The notes: a model not told the origin generated them from the sequence alone. 64,000 nucleotides of DNA from Minisyncoccota bacterium (GCA_016211945.1 JACRHV010000003.1:69631-133630); one strand, 5' to 3'. Counted from the first letter of the stretch, positions 47,219 to 57,783 are shown. A program made the numbers and translations.

Positions 47219-49690
47219 TTATGCACAGACAATGTTCACCAGTTTGCCTGGAACGACGATGATGTTCTTGATCGACATTGTAGAGAGAATCCGGGCAATT
47301 TTTTCCTCTTTTTGCGCGTTGTGTTCAAGAAGTGCTTTGTCCTTTGCATCACTTGACTGTACAGCCATTTTTCCGCGGAACTTGCCATTTATTTGAATAG
47401 CAATCTCAACCATATCATCAAGAGTGAGCGATTCTTCATATGCGGGCCAGTGTAAGGTGTGAATCGAGGAAAATGGTGTTGTTTTCGGTTGAAAAAGCGT
47501 TTGGTAGAGTTCTTCGGTCATATATGGCGCAAACGGAGCTAAAAGGCAGAGAAACTTGAGTGCGTCATCCTTTCCCATCATCTCGCCCTCACTCAGCCAA
47601 AGGTTTGTACACTCCATCATCGCGGCAATGCAGGTGTTGTACTTGAAGTCAGCCATGTCTGTGGTGCATTTTTTGATTGTTTTATGGAGTTTTGTTTGAA
47701 GTTTAGGTGACGTTTTTTGTGAACCGGTAACGAGTTTCTCATGGAAAAGCCGCCAAACCTTCTGCATCCATCGCTCCATACCGGCAATTCCGGTATCTCG
47801 GAAATCGCCCCCTTGATTGTATGGCCCCAAGAACATGAGGTATGTTCTGAGTGTGTCTACTCCAAATTTTTCAATGTATTCATCCGGATTGACAACATTT
47901 CCTTTGGACTTGCTCATCTTGGAACCATCTTTAATGATGAGACCGTGGCCAAAGAGGAACGGAAACGGTTCTTCAAACTCGAGGTATCCCCAATCTTTCA
48001 GCGCCATTGTGACGAATCTTGAATATAGTAGGTGGAGGACTGCGTGTTCTGCCCCACCGATGTAGGTGGTCACAGGAAGCCATTTCTTCGTGATTGCCGG
48101 ATCAAAGGGTTGGGTTGCGGCAGAGGCGGCAAAAAGTGAGGGGTAGCGGAGAAAGTACCAGCTTGAGTCGAGAAAAGTATCAGAGACGTCAGTCTCGCGC
48201 TTGGCTTTTGCCCCGCAGGTTGGACACGCGGTATAGAGCCAAGTTTTTGGTGCTTTCTCTAAAGGAGACTTGCCATCGCCGGTTGGTTTGTAGTCTTGAA
48301 TAAACGGAAGTTCTACTGAAAGTTGGTCCTCTGGGACCGCCTGCCAACCGCACTTCTTGCACTCGACCATGGGGATAGGCGGTCCCCAAAATCGTTGTCT
48401 TGAGATAAGCCAGTCGCGGAGGTGGTAGGAAATAACACGTTTCCCCCATCCATGTTCTTCAAAATAATCCATAGTTTTTTCCATCGCATCGTGGAATTCC
48501 ATGCCGTCCAAAAATTCTGAGTTCACCATCGTTCCACCATCGGTAACAACCTGTTTGAGTGAAGTTATCGCACCATCAAATCCATCTTTTCCTATGACTA
48601 CCCTCGGGATTGGAATCTCAAATTTCTTCGCAAACTCAAAATCGCGCTCATCATGACCAGGACAACCTTGAACAGCGCCCGTTCCCACAGTTCCTAGTAC
48701 AAAATCAGAAATCCAAACAGGAATTTCTTTCTTTGTAACATGATTTAACACATATAAACCCGTGAATACTCCTGTTTTCTTTTTTTCTTCAATTTTCCTT
48801 TGTTGATCGGATTTGTTCAAAGCCTCTTGCGTATATTTTTTTACTTGCTCAAGATTTTTCTTTGGAACTTTAATGATTTCATCAATAATATTGCGAACTA
48901 GTTCATGTTCCGGTGCCAAAACGAGAAATGTTGCGCCAAAGTTCACAGGTTTTGTGGTAAAACAAATGATTGTTGCTGTGCTACCAACCACTTGATAAAC
49001 AATGTTTATTCCTGCCTTTTTCCCAATCCACTGCCGCTGTGCAATCCGAATCTTCTCTGGCCACTTCAAGCCCTCAATATTCGTTAACAGTCGATCTGCA
49101 TAGTCCGTAATTTTGAAGAACCACTGTTTTGCTTCCTTGCGTTCAACTTCTGATTTACATCGTTCACATTTCCCATCCTCAACTTGCTCATCAGCGAGAA
49201 CCGTTTTGCATGAAGGACACCAGTTCACTTGCGAGCTTGCCTTATACGCCAAACCATGTTTGAACATTTGAACGAACAGCCACTGTGTCCATTTGTAATA
49301 CTCAGGATCATATGTTTCCAAACGCTCATTCCACGCGAAACCGTTGCCAATAGTACTGAGTTGGCGATAGAAATTTTTCTCCGAAACCTTTGCTTGCTCC
49401 GCCGGGTGTTTTCCAATCTTGATGGCGTAGTTCTCCGAGTGAATACCAAAACCATCAAGGCCGATCGGCTCAAACACATCATGTCCCAACATTCGTTGAT
49501 ATCGTCCATAAATATCCGCACCTGAGAAAGCGTACATATTTCCAACATGCAAACCTTCAGCCGAGGGATATGGAAACATCATGAGGTTGTAATACGGTTT
49601 TTTTGCGGTTGAAAGATTGGGTTCATACACCGCATGATCCTGCCACATTTTGGACCATTTTTTGCTTGCGGTTTGATGATCATACGCCAT
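47219..49690 (-). CDS. leuS: leucine--tRNA ligase
   Basis: HIGH-type P-Y-P-S...LHVGN, editing (CP1) domain and KMSKSKGN. Start set at MAYDHQTASKKWSKMW rather than the upstream Met at 49840. Confidence 0.9.
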   Translation of the reverse strand: MAYDHQTASKKWSKMWQDHAVYEPNLSTAKKPYYNLMMFPYPSAEGLHVGNMYAFSGADIYGRYQRMLGHDVFEPIGLDGFGIHSENYAIKIGKHPAEQAKVSEKNFYRQLSTIGNGFAWNERLETYDPEYYKWTQWLFVQMFKHGLAYKASSQVNWCPSCKTVLADEQVEDGKCERCKSEVERKEAKQWFFKITDYADRLLTNIEGLKWPEKIRIAQRQWIGKKAGINIVYQVVGSTATIICFTTKPVNFGATFLVLAPEHELVRNIIDEIIKVPKKNLEQVKKYTQEALNKSDQQRKIEEKKKTGVFTGLYVLNHVTKKEIPVWISDFVLGTVGTGAVQGCPGHDERDFEFAKKFEIPIPRVVIGKDGFDGAITSLKQVVTDGGTMVNSEFLDGMEFHDAMEKTMDYFEEHGWGKRVISYHLRDWLISRQRFWGPPIPMVECKKCGWQAVPEDQLSVELPFIQDYKPTGDGKSPLEKAPKTWLYTACPTCGAKAKRETDVSDTFLDSSWYFLRYPSLFAASAATQPFDPAITKKWLPVTTYIGGAEHAVLHLLYSRFVTMALKDWGYLEFEEPFPFLFGHGLIIKDGSKMSKSKGNVVNPDEYIEKFGVDTLRTYLMFLGPYNQGGDFRDTGIAGMERWMQKVWRLFHEKLVTGSQKTSPKLQTKLHKTIKKCTTDMADFKYNTCIAAMMECTNLWLSEGEMMGKDDALKFLCLLAPFAPYMTEELYQTLFQPKTTPFSSIHTLHWPAYEESLTLDDMVEIAIQINGKFRGKMAVQSSDAKDKALLEHNAQKEEKIARILSTMSIKNIIVVPGKLVNIVCA

Positions 49691-50044
49691 AACTTGGGGT
49701 ATTGTAGCATAAAAAAACTCAATAATTTTTTTGCAGTGAACGACTACACTACAAAAAAGATTATTTTCGTTTTTTTCCTTATTCTCACAATGAAGGACTA
49801 CATTGTTCGAAAGGATGATCGACATTTTTATTCTGTTCATCTGTTCAAAAGATTATCTTCGTTTTTATGTCTTCTTACTATTCACCCGCGTATCATTTAT
49901 GTGTGTCTTCCGTATCGTAATGATACGTGAGAATCAAGAACTCTATTACAAAAATGTAGAAAAAACGAGGACAATCTTTTCGAATGATGTAGTCGTTCAT
50001 CATGAGAAAAGTATTGTCGAGTTTTTCCATGTTATGATGAAACT

Positions 50045-50695
50045 ATGTTCACTGCCCAATCATTCGCCGTTGTTGGAGCTATCCTCATAAGTTATATCTG
50101 GGTTCGCACTCCAGAACTTGCGCCATATTCACTTCAGCTTACCGCAGGCCTCGTCCTTGCGTACATCATGATGAAGCGTGTAGCAAAAACACATATCTTT
50201 CATATCGCTCCGTCATCTACTACAGCTGAGGTGGGTGTGTTTACTACCGCATTGTTTATGCTCATTGGGTATACAGGCGGCGTCACCTCAATATTCCTTC
50301 CACTGCTCTATCTCCTCCTCTTTATCGGCGTCCTCTCACTCCACACCACAACCATTATTCTCTTTGAGTTTTGCATTCCACTGTACTTGTGGGCACTCGG
50401 ACCGGTGCCAATGACACAACATCAACTCGCAACACTTCTTTCCTTCCCCATTCTTCTCCCCCTCTTGGTGTTTGCGCGTAAGCAATACACAACCGCACAA
50501 CAAGAGAAAAAAGTAGAGGAAAAACTCGCAGATCAAACATTCTCTGCCGCACTGTTTCTTTCAACATTTCTGAAACCAAAACTTCAGCATATTCTTGAAC
50601 TTTCTAACTATCCTGACCACAATAAACGAGGCATTCAGAAACAGCTTTCCCTAACGATAGAGGAACTCGACGATGTTCTCAAAGAAACAGAGTAA
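50045..50695 (+). CDS. hypothetical membrane protein
   Basis: About 6 TM N-terminal half, soluble C-terminal tail. Overlaps the start of the surface-protein cluster. Confidence 0.4.
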   Translation: MFTAQSFAVVGAILISYIWVRTPELAPYSLQLTAGLVLAYIMMKRVAKTHIFHIAPSSTTAEVGVFTTALFMLIGYTGGVTSIFLPLLYLLLFIGVLSLHTTTIILFEFCIPLYLWALGPVPMTQHQLATLLSFPILLPLLVFARKQYTTAQQEKKVEEKLADQTFSAALFLSTFLKPKLQHILELSNYPDHNKRGIQKQLSLTIEELDDVLKETE

Positions 50696-51425
50696 TCGAA
50701 CGGTGGTTGGTCGAGGGATCGGCATTGTACTCGGTCTCATCTTTTTTGTTTTCTTTCTCCCCAAGGCATCCGCAAACATGTCATCGAACAGTTTTATTAT
50801 TCAGTTCAACAATCTCAACATGACATCCGGATCAAAAACAAGTAGTTCGTATAAGGTGACCGATACTGTCGGCCAAAACGCACCGGGAAAGTACGGAACG
50901 ACGGGGTACATTGTGAAAGCGGGGTTCCAGTACATCTATACCATCGGTAATTTTTCATTTTCTATTTCAAATACGATGATTAATTTTGGATTGCTCACGC
51001 CAAACACCTTTGCCACCGGCACAACAACACTCACTGTTTCCGCAAAAGGCGCCGGAGGATATACCGTAACCACTTATGAAAACTACCCGCTCAAAAAAAT
51101 CGGAACCTCGGCGACAATCGCGGATACGACATGCAACGCGGGGACATGCACAGAGGGCACTGCCGGAGTATGGACCGACGCAACAAAACCAGGATTTGGA
51201 TACAACATGACCGGATCAGACATCCCTGCCGCCTTTGTCGACGCAACATACTTCAAGCAGTTTGCGAACTATTCGCAAAACGAGCCCCCGCAAACTATCA
51301 TGAGTAACGCCGGAGTTGTAAAAAATCGACAAGCGACGGTGACGTATAAAGTCGCGGTGTCCGGAAATCAAACGGCGGGAAACTACGAGAACAACATTAC
51401 ATACATTGCAACACCGGGATACTAG
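50673..51425 (+). CDS. secreted beta-rich surface protein (WxL-like domain candidate), paralogous to C-terminus of 52438..53871
   Basis: Signal peptide ...LPKASA. S/T/G-rich beta sequence. Shared C-terminal block YENYPLKKIGTSATIA...GFGYNMTG...SQNEPPQTI...GNYENNITYIATPGY, versus YELKKMGTSTTIA...GFGYGLNY...SNSEPAQTI...GDYENNITYTATATF in the larger paralog. Confidence 0.5.
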   Translation: MFSKKQSNRTVVGRGIGIVLGLIFFVFFLPKASANMSSNSFIIQFNNLNMTSGSKTSSSYKVTDTVGQNAPGKYGTTGYIVKAGFQYIYTIGNFSFSISNTMINFGLLTPNTFATGTTTLTVSAKGAGGYTVTTYENYPLKKIGTSATIADTTCNAGTCTEGTAGVWTDATKPGFGYNMTGSDIPAAFVDATYFKQFANYSQNEPPQTIMSNAGVVKNRQATVTYKVAVSGNQTAGNYENNITYIATPGY

Positions 51426-51428
51426 CGT

Positions 51429-52418
51429 ATGAAAAAAATAATGTTTTTTACCCTAGTCGTATCTATACTCCTTTTTCCAAAGTCTTTGTCTGCGCAAGAC
51501 CAACAAAAAACATCCCTTTCTATTTCACCACCGCTTTCCGAGATCGTGATTCAACCGGGGAAGTCGGTAACGCAGGCGTTTAACATCACCAATGAGGGGT
51601 CTGTTAATCTTGAGGTCATTCCAACGGTAGTCCCGTTTGCGCCGCATCCGGAAACTGGTGAGCCTGTTCTTTTGCTCAATTCCACACGGTTTCCCTTTGC
51701 GACACTGCAAAATCTGGATAAAGCATTAGATAAGCCGTTTCTTCTGAAAGCAAAGCAGTCCGACCAACTCGTGCTCCGCATCGCCATTCCTGAAAAAGAA
51801 AAAGAGAAAGATTATTACGTCACACTCCTTCTTCAGACAAAACCGTCAGGCCTCACACAACTCAACGAAACGGGTTCTATTTCACAAGCGTATCTTGGTG
51901 TCCATCTCCTTGTCTCGGTTTCAAAATCCGGTGAGGATAAAGGAAATCTCACAATACACCAGTTTAAGTCGGCAAAGTTCCTTGATACGTTCTCGGATAT
52001 CTCTCCAAAACTTTTCGTCAAGAACAACGGAACGACATTCACGAAAGCACACGGTGAAATCAAGATCATTTCGCTGACCGGAGAGATCATAAAACTGTTT
52101 CCCATTCTCCCGGAAAATGTGTTGTCCGGCGGAGTGCGCGAACTCCACACCTCGCTTCCAGATCCGGAGGACGCAAAAAGTGCTATACCCGCACCTTTCA
52201 CATACAAACCTCTATTTCTTCTTGGATCATACACCGTAACGGCACGCGTGTTTGCGGAAAACCAAATAGCGGAAGAGGTGACTATTCAAGTATTTGCGTT
52301 TCCGTTTTCTTTGGTAGCGTTTATTATTTCACTCTACTTTACGCGACATGTTATTGTGTCTGTGAGAGAAAAACGCGAAACGAAGGCGAAAGTTGTTGAC
52401 AGAATATCAAAAGAATGA
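51429..52418 (+). CDS. CscA/DUF916-like cell-surface protein with C-terminal TM anchor
   Basis: Signal peptide (MKKIMFFTLVVSILLFPKSLSA), beta-sandwich start SISPPLSEIVIQPGKSVTQAFNITNEG, C-terminal TM plus basic tail (LVAFIISLYFTRHVIVSVREKRETKAK). Confidence 0.5.
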   Translation: MKKIMFFTLVVSILLFPKSLSAQDQQKTSLSISPPLSEIVIQPGKSVTQAFNITNEGSVNLEVIPTVVPFAPHPETGEPVLLLNSTRFPFATLQNLDKALDKPFLLKAKQSDQLVLRIAIPEKEKEKDYYVTLLLQTKPSGLTQLNETGSISQAYLGVHLLVSVSKSGEDKGNLTIHQFKSAKFLDTFSDISPKLFVKNNGTTFTKAHGEIKIISLTGEIIKLFPILPENVLSGGVRELHTSLPDPEDAKSAIPAPFTYKPLFLLGSYTVTARVFAENQIAEEVTIQVFAFPFSLVAFIISLYFTRHVIVSVREKRETKAKVVDRISKE

Positions 52419-52437
52419 CCTAAATAGCGATGAACAT

Positions 52438-53871
52438 ATGAAAAACCGATGGGTGGTGAAGTTTTTTTTGCTTGCGTGCTTTGTCGTGTTTCTTGTGGTG
52501 CCCGCTCATCTTCAACAAACGCGTTCGGCAAACCTCACTTCCGTATCCGACACGCTTTCAAGCTCCCACCTCTCCTTCTATGGATTGATGGGATCCGGGA
52601 ATACCGTTGGTGAAACACTCATTCTCATCAACACCACAACCGCCCCCTCAACCAGCTCAAGCCAGCTCGCATCGCCATCTGCCGGAACGGTAAAGATCGG
52701 AAGTAATATTTATAACTTGAGTGGCACCATGCCAAATAATGATCAGAGTAAATTTAGTATCTCCAGTGGTCTAACCTCTGGTGATCAAACCGCGGGTAAT
52801 GCAATCATCGCAACACAGTCAGCCAGTCATACCGTTCGCTTCTCTACTGCAACCGCCGTTCCAAGTGGTTCGTTCCGCGTCCTCATTCAGGCAACAACAA
52901 ACTCAGGAAGTTCGAATGACGGTATTCCAGACGGTGACGGATTTGATTTTGGCGCATCTGCACCAACCGTAACCTGTCCAACCGACAACTCGTATTACGA
53001 CTTTGTGACAGGGACAGCAACGGCGCAGGCGGTCACGATAAACTCGGTAAAGTATCACGTGTTTGAGTGCCGCTACTCCGGAACAGGCCAGGCAAGCGCG
53101 AGCTTCGCCTCCAACCCTATTACTGTCACCTCACTCATCAACCCTGCGCCAAAAAGCGGCCATGCTGTTGGGACAAACGACGCCTACAACATCATCGTGC
53201 AGAACATGGACTACACCTACACCATGGTTGATCAAACCGCTCTGCAGGTTGGAGTCATCGAGTCTGTCCGTGTGTCCGCTACCGTAGCGCCGCAAATTAC
53301 CTTCCGTATTGCCGGTCTTCCCTCAGGAAATACCTCCGCCTGCGGGACCGCAACAGACGTGACCACAACCCCAACCACGGTTCCTTTTGGCCAAGTGTCC
53401 ATCACCGCGTTTATGCATGCGGGCCAGGCACTTGATGTTTCTACCAACGCTATTGGCGGGTATGCGGTAACAACACAGGCAAACTACGAACTGAAAAAAA
53501 TGGGAACTTCCACTACTATAGCAGGTGCGACTGGAAACGGTGGAAATGTGACCTACGGCGCAAAGGGGCGATGGGACTCCACAACGTATAAAGGGTTTGG
53601 GTATGGGTTGAACTACATCAGTGCAATTTCCGGATCAGGAACTGCGGCATTTGACTACGCAGATACCGATGGGAACTGTTCCGGCGGAACATTCTGTGCA
53701 AAACAATTCCCAGACCTTTCAAACAGCGAGCCCGCGCAAACCATCTTTTCATCCTCCACGGTTGCAGACACAGAGAACGTCAATGTGTGTTACAAGATCG
53801 TCATCAGCAATGTGCAGGCCGCCGGCGACTACGAAAATAACATTACCTATACCGCGACAGCGACGTTTTAA
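52438..53871 (+). CDS. large secreted beta-rich surface protein (WxL-like candidate)
   Basis: Signal peptide MKNRWVVKFFLLACFVVFLVVPAHL. Long S/T/G/N-rich region. C-terminal ~200 aa homologous to the 250-aa protein upstream. Confidence 0.5.
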   Translation: MKNRWVVKFFLLACFVVFLVVPAHLQQTRSANLTSVSDTLSSSHLSFYGLMGSGNTVGETLILINTTTAPSTSSSQLASPSAGTVKIGSNIYNLSGTMPNNDQSKFSISSGLTSGDQTAGNAIIATQSASHTVRFSTATAVPSGSFRVLIQATTNSGSSNDGIPDGDGFDFGASAPTVTCPTDNSYYDFVTGTATAQAVTINSVKYHVFECRYSGTGQASASFASNPITVTSLINPAPKSGHAVGTNDAYNIIVQNMDYTYTMVDQTALQVGVIESVRVSATVAPQITFRIAGLPSGNTSACGTATDVTTTPTTVPFGQVSITAFMHAGQALDVSTNAIGGYAVTTQANYELKKMGTSTTIAGATGNGGNVTYGAKGRWDSTTYKGFGYGLNYISAISGSGTAAFDYADTDGNCSGGTFCAKQFPDLSNSEPAQTIFSSSTVADTENVNVCYKIVISNVQAAGDYENNITYTATATF

Positions 53872-53882
53872 GGAGTTGTGAT

Positions 53883-54938
53883 ATGAAATGCCACCTGCCC
53901 CATTTTTTCCGCGTACTCGGTGCGTGTGTTGTGTTTGTCAGTCTTGCCGTGATTCCTGTTTTCGCGGTTCAATCGAGCACACCTGAAGAAATACTCGGAT
54001 CACTTGACTCGCTTGCCTTCACCGCAGTTCCCCCTCGAACCGAGGTTATCGAGGTAAAACCCGGAGACACCTATCAGACAAATATCAAGTTCCGCAATCT
54101 CACAAAACAGTCACAAGCAATCTCGACAGAAACGCTAGACTTTGTGATTGATAAGGACGGAAAGACGCCCATCCCTGTTACACAAACCGAGGCCGCTCCG
54201 CTCCGGTGGAGTCTCGCCTCGTGGATCACGGTTTCCCCTTCACAACGTGCCGTTACACCAAACGAACTCGCAACATATGACGTGGTGATCCAGGTGCCAA
54301 AGGACGCACTCCCCGGTGGACACTATGCAATGGTGGTTCACACGCCCGTTGCGATGAGTGCACTCCAGAACAAACCGCAGGAGAAAAATGCACAGTCCGC
54401 CTCTGCAGTCAATCCAAAGCTCGGAACACTCTTTTACGTAAAGGTCGCAGGAAACGTCCACGAGGAGGCCTTTATCCGATCCTTCATCGCTCCGTCATGG
54501 GTCGAGTTTGGACCGGTCAACTTTTCATATAGTGTCGAAAACTTGTCCGACGTCCATATCACTCCGCAGTCCTCGATTGTGGTCAAGGACATGATCGGTA
54601 GAACAGTGGACACGATTGTTGTTGAACCACTGAATATTTTTCCATATTCCACTCGAACGTTTACGGCGATGTTGGATAAGATTTGGGGAGTTGGCCCGTA
54701 CACTGCGCGCCTGTCCGTTCCGTACGGAACCGGAGGTAAGGTGCTCACCACAACGCTCGTGTTCTGGATGTTTCCGTACCGCATTGTGCTTGCAGTCCTC
54801 GTCATACTCATGACGCTTTTGGCGATTGTGATTGTGGTTCGCCGCCACTTGGAACACCGATACGACATGAAGGCAAAACAGATCGAGATACTCGAGGATC
54901 GTATTCGAGAACTGGAAAAGCGTTCGAGAGAACAGTAG
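53883..54938 (+). CDS. second CscA/DUF916-like surface protein with C-terminal TM anchor
   Basis: Signal peptide. TAVPPRTEVIEVKPGDTYQTNIKFRN parallels SISPPLSEIVIQPGKSVTQAFNITN of 51429..52418. C-terminal TM (IVLAVLVILMTLLAIVIVV) plus coiled-coil tail. Confidence 0.5.
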   Translation: MKCHLPHFFRVLGACVVFVSLAVIPVFAVQSSTPEEILGSLDSLAFTAVPPRTEVIEVKPGDTYQTNIKFRNLTKQSQAISTETLDFVIDKDGKTPIPVTQTEAAPLRWSLASWITVSPSQRAVTPNELATYDVVIQVPKDALPGGHYAMVVHTPVAMSALQNKPQEKNAQSASAVNPKLGTLFYVKVAGNVHEEAFIRSFIAPSWVEFGPVNFSYSVENLSDVHITPQSSIVVKDMIGRTVDTIVVEPLNIFPYSTRTFTAMLDKIWGVGPYTARLSVPYGTGGKVLTTTLVFWMFPYRIVLAVLVILMTLLAIVIVVRRHLEHRYDMKAKQIEILEDRIRELEKRSREQ

Positions 54939-54988
54939 AGGTATTCTCTACCCTGCTTTTGTGGCGTTTCTGATACACTGGATGTGGT

Positions 54989-56683
54989 ATGTTTTTCTCT
55001 GCCCGAACTGCTACGCGGATTCTTTTGATTGTCTTTGGGATAGGTGTCCTTTTTTTCTCAAGTCGTGTTTTTTCCGCCATTAACGACACTGGTGTGGACA
55101 CCGAGAATGGTGAGAACCTCGCCACCAATCCTAAAACGCGTACCACAGCCGTAAGCGCAACCGTTGTTGATATCTATCCTCCAACCGCCCCCATTCTCGT
55201 CGCACCGGACAATAACGGAAAGATTCGCACACAACTCGTCACCTTCACCTGGAAATCGAGCGTGGACGAGGAGGGTGGTACCGCAAAATACCAACTGTAT
55301 CTTGACGGGAGCTTGCTGTATGACAGCATTACCACGCCGACAAAAAACGCACCGGACTATACTTATACCGATCGTAATACGGTTTCCAATTTAGTCATGA
55401 AAAACGCGCTCGCCGAAGGATCGCACACCTGGAAAATTCGAGGATTTGATACCAATGGGAACTATGCAGACTCGGCAACATGGAGCTTTACCATCGACAC
55501 CATTGCGCCCGTCCTTTTGGTCAAACAGATCGGCGACCAAACCGTTTCTATCTCTGCACAAGATGTCACCACCATTCCTACTTCTCCCGTCATCACAACC
55601 ACCAACCCGCCAACAGTCTCCGGAACAACCGAGGCAAGCGTGACGGTCAAACTCACCATGACACTTCCCAACGGCCAGGTTACGCAACTGACAACCACAT
55701 CCGGAACCGACGGAACATTTTCCTTCACCCTCCCCACATTGTCGCTCAACATCATTGCGAAACTGCAGATTAGTGCAAACGACAGCGTGGGAAATACCTC
55801 TTTGCTTGATAATATTCCCGTTCAGGTGATTCGAAAAACATTGAAACTCCCCGCACCACTCGATAAAGTCATTCCGGAAATTCCCATTATCCCGCCGGAA
55901 GAAATTAAGCATGAGATCGCGGAAAGATTCATTCGACCATATGTACCCGAACCTGTTGTTGATATTGTGGACACCGTTGCGCCGATCGGAAACTCGGCCA
56001 TTGGGTTTGTGTTGCCGCTTGCTCGTTTGCTTGCTGTTTTGTGGATCACCGGAACGTCATTGTGGAGTATGAGTGTTGGTCTCTTGGCAAAGGCCGCGCA
56101 TACGATCGGCCTTATTCCATTGTGGCTTTTCCCGCCCGTCGATCACATCCATGGCCTCGTGTTCGACAGTCAGACGAAAGACCCCATCCCCTTTGCGCTT
56201 CTCACTATTGTGCAGATGAAGGATCGAGGACCCACCGTTGTTGATCAAGTCGTCGCCGATCAGCATGGTGAATATGAAACCATTGCGCTCGACCTCGCAG
56301 GAAGGTATGAAATTGTTCCAACACATCGCGATTACCTCTTCATGGAAGAGGAAGCGAAACGCAAATTTTCCGGGATTGCGGAGGTGTACACCGGCCAGCC
56401 TATAACGACTGAACTGTGTGATGTTACGCCGTCGATTGGCGATGATGAGCGCGGACTTGAATGTCATGAAGACAAACTCTTGGTGCATTACTATGTGCCG
56501 ATGGAACAGAGGAAAAAATCATCGTTTATTGCACGTGTTATTGAGAAGACTGCGGAACTTCCCTCGAGTGGTCTTGCGGGCGCGGTTGTTTTGATGATCG
56601 GTATCGCCTTCTTCTACCCGACGCCATGGAACATAGGCATGTGCGTTGCGTATATCGCGGTTGCGGTGCATCGGTCGTTTTAA
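54989..56683 (+). CDS. large surface/membrane protein with Ig/FN3-like repeats, CarboxypepD_reg-like domain and C-terminal TM segments
   Basis: Signal peptide. Ig-like repeats (TFTWKSSVDEEGG...HTWKIRGFDTNGN). GLVFDSQTKDPIPFALLTIVQ...DQHGEYE resembles the carboxypeptidase-regulatory-like fold. Three or more TM segments near the C-terminus. Confidence 0.45.
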   Translation: MFFSARTATRILLIVFGIGVLFFSSRVFSAINDTGVDTENGENLATNPKTRTTAVSATVVDIYPPTAPILVAPDNNGKIRTQLVTFTWKSSVDEEGGTAKYQLYLDGSLLYDSITTPTKNAPDYTYTDRNTVSNLVMKNALAEGSHTWKIRGFDTNGNYADSATWSFTIDTIAPVLLVKQIGDQTVSISAQDVTTIPTSPVITTTNPPTVSGTTEASVTVKLTMTLPNGQVTQLTTTSGTDGTFSFTLPTLSLNIIAKLQISANDSVGNTSLLDNIPVQVIRKTLKLPAPLDKVIPEIPIIPPEEIKHEIAERFIRPYVPEPVVDIVDTVAPIGNSAIGFVLPLARLLAVLWITGTSLWSMSVGLLAKAAHTIGLIPLWLFPPVDHIHGLVFDSQTKDPIPFALLTIVQMKDRGPTVVDQVVADQHGEYETIALDLAGRYEIVPTHRDYLFMEEEAKRKFSGIAEVYTGQPITTELCDVTPSIGDDERGLECHEDKLLVHYYVPMEQRKKSSFIARVIEKTAELPSSGLAGAVVLMIGIAFFYPTPWNIGMCVAYIAVAVHRSF

Positions 56684-56751
56684 CGGAAAAACAAAGATAT
56701 CACAGATTGATTGTTTGACAATCGACTAATAATCGACTATTATTTGACTGT

Positions 56752-57783
56752 ATGTTTACTCCTCAATATACAATCACCAATCACCTTCTCTCGAATATTA
56801 TCCGCATTCATGGTCTTGTCAAAGATCTTAACGATCGAAGATTTGCAAAAGTTGTGTTTGTGGAATTTGAAAAAATCGCACGTGAAGTCTCGTCTTATGC
56901 TTCAACCAGTATTGAAGGCAATCCCCTCTCACTTACAGAAGTCAAAAGAGTGTTGAAGTCAAAACCAGAACACATCCGAGATAGTGAAAAAGAAGTCCTG
57001 AATTACAATCAAGCACTTGAACACTTGAACCAATTACTTCAATCCGAAAAACTTGAACTCTCCCTCAAGCTTATCCTGAATATTCATAAACACATAACAA
57101 GAGGACTACTTCTTCGTGATGAATCCGGGAGACTGCGCAAAAATCATGTCGTGGTCCATGATCCAAGAACGGGTGAAATAGTCTACCTTCCTCCTGATGT
57201 AAATCAGGTACGCGGATTGGTGAACGACCTCATCGCTTTCGTTCAGAAAAATAGTAAGAAGATTGATCCCTTGATTCTTGCTGGTATTTTTCATAAACAC
57301 ATGGTGATTATCCATCCGTTCATGGACGGCAACGGCAGAACAACCAGACTTGTAACCAAGGTACTTTTAGCAAACATGGGATTGAACACCTTTAACCTCT
57401 TTAGTTTCGAGAATTATTACAACAAAAATGTTACAAAATACTTTCAAGCAGTTGGAGAATATGGGGACTATAATGAAGTAGCACATTCGATCAACTACAC
57501 GCTTTGGCTCGAGTATTTCACCGATGGGTTAATCGATGAATTGTTACGCGTACAAAAATTGTTACCAACATTTGGCAATACACCAGATACAACACTGGAA
57601 ATACATCATCGTAAAATGCTTGAATACATAAAACAGCATGGATTTATCCGTGATCGAGATTACGCGAAGCTCACCGAGAGGGCCAAGGCAACACGTACCA
57701 AAGACTTCCAAAAACTTCTGGACTTAGGACTCATTGAGCGTAAGGGGAAAGGAAGATCGGTCTATTACACTCAAAAAGTCTAA
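56752..57783 (+). CDS. Fic/Doc family protein (putative AMPylator)
   Basis: Canonical Fic motif HPFMDGNGRTTRL, with a helical N-domain and C-terminal winged-helix-like region. Confidence 0.8.
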   Translation: MFTPQYTITNHLLSNIIRIHGLVKDLNDRRFAKVVFVEFEKIAREVSSYASTSIEGNPLSLTEVKRVLKSKPEHIRDSEKEVLNYNQALEHLNQLLQSEKLELSLKLILNIHKHITRGLLLRDESGRLRKNHVVVHDPRTGEIVYLPPDVNQVRGLVNDLIAFVQKNSKKIDPLILAGIFHKHMVIIHPFMDGNGRTTRLVTKVLLANMGLNTFNLFSFENYYNKNVTKYFQAVGEYGDYNEVAHSINYTLWLEYFTDGLIDELLRVQKLLPTFGNTPDTTLEIHHRKMLEYIKQHGFIRDRDYAKLTERAKATRTKDFQKLLDLGLIERKGKGRSVYYTQKV

